NCBI GenBank assembly: GCA_025358765.1
Contig: JANYIG010000196.1
Location: forward strand, 1,734 to 65,733
Direction: 5' to 3'
DNA length: 64,000 nt
From: Candidatus Kapaibacterium sp.
Lineage (GTDB): Bacteria > Bacteroidota > Ignavibacteria > Kapaibacteriales > UBA4661
The notes beneath the pieces were generated by a model that was given only the letters and a program-made list of their open reading frames with translations, had not been told where the DNA came from and did no database searches. Made by a program: the position numbers and the translations under genes. Positions 60,293 through 64,000 of the stretch are shown here, in pieces. How positions within the stretch are numbered: position 1 is the first letter of the stretch; every line of letters starts with the position of its first letter.

Positions 60293-60598
60293 ATGCACAC
60301 CGTAAAAACTCTTCTCGTCCTTGTTGTGTTTGGTTTTGGCACAACTGTTTTTGCTCAACAGACCTCGCCTGCAACACCAAGTCCCGAAACGAAGGAAAAA
60401 ATCAAGGAGAAAATCAACGCTATGACATCGGAAGAAAAAGCCGCCGCAAAAGATAAAATGAAGGCAAAATGGGATGCCATGACACCAGAAGAGAAAGCCG
60501 CTGCAAAAGATAAAGTGAAAGAAAAATACAACGCTATGACATCGGAAGAAAAAGCTGCCGCAAAAGATAAAATCAAAGCCCGTCGCAACGGTAAATAA
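60293..60598 (+). CDS. Small secreted Lys/Glu/Ala-rich protein with 3 tandem 19-aa repeats
   Basis: A signal peptide is present (MHTVKTLLVLVVFGFGTTVFAQ). It is followed by three repeats of (N/D)AMT(S/P)EEKAAAKDK(M/V/I)K(A/E)(K/R)x. A good terminator follows the gene. Confidence 0.6.
   Translation: MHTVKTLLVLVVFGFGTTVFAQQTSPATPSPETKEKIKEKINAMTSEEKAAAKDKMKAKWDAMTPEEKAAAKDKVKEKYNAMTSEEKAAAKDKIKARRNGK
60416..60586 (+). repeat. 3 x 57-bp in-frame tandem repeat inside the small secreted protein gene
   Basis: Units 1 and 3 differ at only 1 of the first ~44 nt (aacgctatgacatcggaagaaaaagcYgccgcaaaagataaaat). Unit 2 is more diverged. Confidence 0.8.
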
Positions 60599-60633
60599 AC
60601 GCTCAGAATCTCATCTTGCAGAATTTTGTTTTT

Positions 60634-60676
60634 CCAAGCCGCTACATAAAACCTGTAGCGGCTTGGTGTGTTTTTA
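60634..60676 (+). terminator. Rho-independent terminator
   Basis: CCAAGCCGCTACA and TGTAGCGGCTTGG form a 13-bp stem (60634-60646 / 60654-60666) with a 7-nt loop, followed by TGTGTTTTTA. Confidence 0.65.
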
Positions 60677-60747
60677 TGCTTCACTGCTCCCATCGTTGTT
60701 GGCAATCTACGTCACTCTGCGATGTTGTTCTGATGGCGTTGCTCTGA

Positions 60748-60963
60748 TTTCGTGGCGAATGTTCGTATATTCGTACTGCAACTCACACATTCACAATCAC
60801 CTCATCAACGTTGGAGTTTGGTATGAAAGGATTAGTTCAGTTATTAGCGGCAGGGCGCTACGCACGCCCCATGGATGTGTCAACGTGGGCGCGAGGGTTG
60901 TACACGGTGCAAGTAAAGCACGGTCAGCAAACGCTTTCGACGACGATGATGATTGCTCGGTAA
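60748..60963 (+). pseudogene. Orphan remnant of a T9SS (Por) C-terminal sorting domain
   Basis: The frame is open from 60748 with an ATG at 60823. Translation ends ...GMKGLVQLLAAGRYARPMDVSTWARGLYTVQVKHGQQTLSTTMMIAR*. The xDVSxxAxGxYxVxV....x...K/T.xx pattern is the usual tail of T9SS CTDs, but no passenger domain lies upstream. Confidence 0.3.
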
Positions 60964-60983
60964 TCCAGTGTTTGTCGCTCTTT

Positions 60984-61026
60984 CAAGCGATAGCATGGTT
61001 GGGCAGGACCCTTGTGCTATCGCTTG
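60984..61026. terminator. 12-bp perfect hairpin between the CTD remnant and the convergent EamA gene
   Basis: CAAGCGATAGCA (60984-60995) pairs with TGCTATCGCTTG (61015-61026) around a 19-nt loop. The following T-run is weak (tttct). Confidence 0.35.
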
Positions 61027-61120
61027 TTTCTAACGAGTGCGATAACCCTCAAAAACACTTGCATAAATACAGCTTTGGCTCATTATTGGCAGAAATGAAC
61101 TCCTTGAATTCAAGCCATTA

Positions 61121-62029
61121 TTATTTTCTTTGTGTCAAGATAACGCCCATAATAGCTAATGCGCCACCCGCAAAGAACCACGCGGTCGGAACCGTACCAA
61201 ACACGAGAATGGTGAGCAATGTTGCGCCAATGGGTTGTAAATTGCTAAATACTGCCACACGACTGGCTTCCATCCTGCCAAGCGCATAGAACCACATTGC
61301 GAAACTCGCGCATGTTGCAAACACCGCCAGATAGAGGATTTGCAGCCATACCATACCCGAAAGCTCGCCGATACCCATCTGGACAGGTAAAAATGGGTAC
61401 AACGGCACGTACCAGAGCAATCCCGTTATCATGCTCACGGTGATGCTGTAGAGTGCACCATATTTGAGCGTCAGTGAGCGACCAAGCACCGTATAGAGCG
61501 TCCATCCGCAGACAGCACCTAATTCCAGCATATTGCCGAGGAAATATTCCGAAGTCAAATCCAACCCTTTCTCGAATAACACAATTAACACACCTACAAA
61601 AGCAAGCACAATGCCTGTGAGCTTCATCGGTGTTGGCTTTTCACCATAAAAAAGTACAGATAACACAAACACCAATGTTGGCGTAAGAGCATAGAGTAGC
61701 GCTGCATTGGGGGGAATAGTATATTTCAAACCTGTTACAAAGAGGGTTTGATTTATGGGAATATTCAGAAACCCCAACACGAAAAACAATGGCACATCCT
61801 TAGGGTCGGGGAGCAAACGTCCGGGTGTTTTTTGAAACGATGAGGGTTGCAAAGCGAACCACGCACAAAAGATTGCCGTTGCGATAATCACGCGAATCAG
61901 CACTACCAAAAATGGGTCGGCATGAGTAGCCACACCACGTGCAACTAAATGTGTGGTGGATGCAATTGTTTGTTGCAGAATAATGACCCAGTAGATGTGC
62001 GTACTGTTTGTTTTCGTTGAAGTGAGCAT
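61121..62029 (-). CDS. EamA/DMT-family transporter
   Basis: Ten hydrophobic segments form two EamA repeats. The start was moved to MLTSTKTNSTHIYWVIILQ. The track ORF extends to 62158. Confidence 0.75.
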   Translation of the reverse strand: MLTSTKTNSTHIYWVIILQQTIASTTHLVARGVATHADPFLVVLIRVIIATAIFCAWFALQPSSFQKTPGRLLPDPKDVPLFFVLGFLNIPINQTLFVTGLKYTIPPNAALLYALTPTLVFVLSVLFYGEKPTPMKLTGIVLAFVGVLIVLFEKGLDLTSEYFLGNMLELGAVCGWTLYTVLGRSLTLKYGALYSITVSMITGLLWYVPLYPFLPVQMGIGELSGMVWLQILYLAVFATCASFAMWFYALGRMEASRVAVFSNLQPIGATLLTILVFGTVPTAWFFAGGALAIMGVILTQRK

Positions 62030-62216
62030 GGATGCTTGTGCTATAAGACAAATTTGGACAACAGCAAATAATTCACTAATTTTGTATGTTCTTTCGCAAA
62101 CGATGGGCTTCGCAAAGCCCATTTTTTGTTTGGGTATGGTAGTGTTGTGAGGAAGCAATCCACGGGACTACTTTTGCCCTGATTAAATTCTCGATAAACT
62201 TATACGTCGAATATCC

Positions 62217-62726
62217 GTGAAATCTATTGCTGCTACGTTGGCTCCTTCCGTCGAAGAATCCCTGAAAGAACTCTGTTCGCGGCACGGTGTCTATCTGCTA
62301 GAGGTTGTCCTTCGGGGAACCGAGCAGCGACGTATTGTGGAAATCTATGTGGATTCGCCACAAGGTGTGACGCTTGACCAATGCGGTGTTCTTAGCAAAG
62401 AAATGGATGCGATTTTTGAGCGCGACAATGCTTTTTCTGCCGCATATCGCTTAGAGGTCTCCTCGCCTGGCACCGACAGACCACTTCAGTACATTTGGCA
62501 GTACGAGCGGAATGTTGGTCGTCTGCTTTCGGTGGAACTTACGGATGGCAAAACCGCCAAAGGACGTATTGGCAGCGTGCAAAACGGCATCGTTACCATC
62601 GAACCCTCGAAGTCGCGGCAGAAGCCACCCACAAAAAAAACTCTTGCCGCAGAAAACATTCTCGAATTGCCCGCAGCACTTGACGTAAAGCAGATTCGTA
62701 GTGCAGTTGTCGAAGTGGAGTTTTAA
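62217..62726 (+). CDS. rimP: Ribosome maturation factor RimP
   Basis: It starts with GTG. Motifs include ...RIVEIYVDSPQGVTLDQCGVLSKEM... and LEVSSPGTDRPL. It lies directly upstream of nusA, the canonical rimP-nusA order. Confidence 0.85.
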   Translation: MKSIAATLAPSVEESLKELCSRHGVYLLEVVLRGTEQRRIVEIYVDSPQGVTLDQCGVLSKEMDAIFERDNAFSAAYRLEVSSPGTDRPLQYIWQYERNVGRLLSVELTDGKTAKGRIGSVQNGIVTIEPSKSRQKPPTKKTLAAENILELPAALDVKQIRSAVVEVEF

Positions 62727-62826
62727 GAGAATGAGGAACGAAAAATTGCTTGTTGAGCGCCTGAAATCTGAACGCGAAAAATTATAAAATATAACACTTA
62801 AAGAACACCTAAATACATCTGGAGAC

Positions 62827-64000
62827 ATGGCACGGAAACTCAAACCTAAATTCGACAAGCAGATTATTGTAGATGCGTTTGCCGATATGGCACGCGAGCG
62901 TAGTATTGACCGTGAATCGTTGCAGGAAATTATCAAAGAAACGCTTTCAATGCTGGTTCGCAAAAAACATGGGAACGAAGCGAATTTTGATATTGTGGTA
63001 AATATGGAAAAAGGCGATATCGAGATTTATATGATTCGCACTGTCGTCGAGACTGTTCAAGATTCTGTGCTGGAAATTGCTCGCGAAGAGGCGAATCAAG
63101 GTGCGGAAGATTACGAAGTGGGCGATGATTTTCTTGAAGAAATCACACTCGATAACATTGCAGAGAGTTTCGGTCGCCGCCTTGTGAACATGGCTGGTCA
63201 AACATTAAATCAGCGCATCCGCGATGTCGAAAAGGATAATGTATTTGCTGCCTACGAGCAGAAAGTTGGTGAGATTGTTATCGCTGAAGTCCACCATGTA
63301 CGCCGTTCGGATGTATTCGTGATGCACAATAATATTGAGTTGCGTTTGCCGCGCGAAGAACAAATTCCGCGGGAACGTTATCGCAAAAATGAACCAGTTC
63401 GTGCTATTATCAAAGAAGTTCGCAAACAAAGCCCAACGGGTAACTCTCCCGACATCATTTTGTCGCGGTCGGATAATATGTTTTTGGCGCGACTTTTCGA
63501 AATTGAAATCCCTGAAATCTATGATGGTGTTATCGAAATCAAAGCCATTGCACGCGAGCCCGGTGAACGTGCAAAAGTTGCCGTGCAATCGTACGACGAT
63601 CGCATTGACCCCGTTGGTGCGTGTGTGGGGATGAAGGGTATTCGTATTCACGCCATCGTCCGCGAACTCGACAACGAAAATATTGATGTCATCAACTATT
63701 CCGACGACCCCATTACGTACATCCAACGTGCGTTGGCTCCGGCGAAGATTAAGGATATTCAAGTGTCGCCGGAAACCCGCAGCGCAACAGTACTTGTAGG
63801 CGATGATCAAGTGTCACTTGCTATCGGCAAAAACGGTCAGAACGTACGTTTGGCATCAAAACTGACAGGCTATGCCATTTCGCTCATCAAAGAAGGCGGC
63901 GAGGACATCGAACTCATCGAATTCCGTGACGAGCTTGGCAAAGAAATGTATATGGAACTTATTCATGCTGAACTTGATACAGCACGTGAGTTCTTGGGCG
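62827..64000 (+). CDS. nusA: Transcription termination/antitermination factor NusA, 3' end cut by the window edge
   Basis: This gene is not in the ORF track because there is no stop before the window end. The frame is open from the ATG at 62827. It has an N-terminal domain (..FADMARERSIDRESLQEIIKE..), an S1 domain (VGEIVIAEVHHVRRSDVFV) and KH domains (RIDPVGACVGMKGIRIHAIVREL...; SLAIGKNGQNVRLASKLTG). Confidence 0.93.
   Translation, partial: MARKLKPKFDKQIIVDAFADMARERSIDRESLQEIIKETLSMLVRKKHGNEANFDIVVNMEKGDIEIYMIRTVVETVQDSVLEIAREEANQGAEDYEVGDDFLEEITLDNIAESFGRRLVNMAGQTLNQRIRDVEKDNVFAAYEQKVGEIVIAEVHHVRRSDVFVMHNNIELRLPREEQIPRERYRKNEPVRAIIKEVRKQSPTGNSPDIILSRSDNMFLARLFEIEIPEIYDGVIEIKAIAREPGERAKVAVQSYDDRIDPVGACVGMKGIRIHAIVRELDNENIDVINYSDDPITYIQRALAPAKIKDIQVSPETRSATVLVGDDQVSLAIGKNGQNVRLASKLTGYAISLIKEGGEDIELIEFRDELGKEMYMELIHAELDTAREFLG

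Noticed and set aside
60416-60586. Regularly spaced 57-bp repeats that could resemble a mini CRISPR array
   Set aside because: The repeats are directly abutting with no spacers. They are in frame inside a signal-peptide ORF and encode a repeated peptide. No cas genes are nearby.
60663-61289. 208-aa plus-strand ORF spanning the 60.6-61.3 kb region
   Set aside because: It starts inside the upstream terminator stem with TTG and runs antisense into the EamA gene. It has no motif content. The only meaningful coding signal in the region is the T9SS CTD remnant, which is in a different frame.
63205-63810. 201-aa minus-strand ORF, plus 62451-62963 and 62947-63201 (-), in the ORF track
   Set aside because: They are antisense to an unmistakable nusA reading frame that runs off the window end. 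Their translations are low-complexity with no recognisable motifs.
1-64000. tRNA/rRNA genes, transposases/integrases, CRISPR-Cas, restriction-modification, toxin-antitoxin or other known defence modules
   Set aside because: I scanned the intergenic regions and ORF translations. I found no T-loop/acceptor-stem patterns, no DDE or tyrosine-recombinase motifs, and no defence-associated domains. The accessory content here is metabolic, envelope and regulatory rather than mobile or defensive.

Overview
This is a 64-kb chromosomal segment, roughly 50% GC by eye, and almost fully coding. It most likely comes from an FCB-group bacterium (Bacteroidota/Chlorobiota/Ignavibacteriota-like). The evidence is a SusC/SusD pair under ECF-sigma/FecR control, a remnant of a T9SS-type C-terminal sorting domain, and a TAnnTTTG-type promoter box. 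Housekeeping genes make up the backbone: phoU (5' partial), mreB-mreC-mreD, smc, two SurA/parvulin-type chaperones, engB, purE, ald, greA, ribBA, yajC, uvrB, xseA, rimP and nusA (3' partial and absent from the ORF track). Several accessory blocks are interleaved with these. (1) A 1504-aa secreted vWA / Ig-like / WD40 / double OmpA-like fusion protein. (2) A tight same-strand block of a KAS III-like protein lacking the catalytic His and Asn, a Spinster-like MFS, an acyl-CoA ligase and a TonB-dependent receptor, followed by two alpha/beta hydrolases and a GbsR-type regulator. (3) An ECF sigma / FecR / SusC(STN) / SusD / GH3 / GH144-like polysaccharide utilisation locus. (4) A PadR-controlled membrane protein plus ABC exporter with a clear double palindromic operator. 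(5) An RsbU/RsbV/RsbW-type partner-switching operon with no sigma gene. (6) A clpB gene that stops after NBD1. I found no tRNA, rRNA, CRISPR array, transposase, integrase or recognisable defence system. My best candidate for an undescribed system is the KAS III-like/Spns/ligase/TBDR block, followed by the giant vWA-WD40-OmpA protein; both functional readings are inference only. All family assignments come from reading motifs by eye, since no searches could be run.
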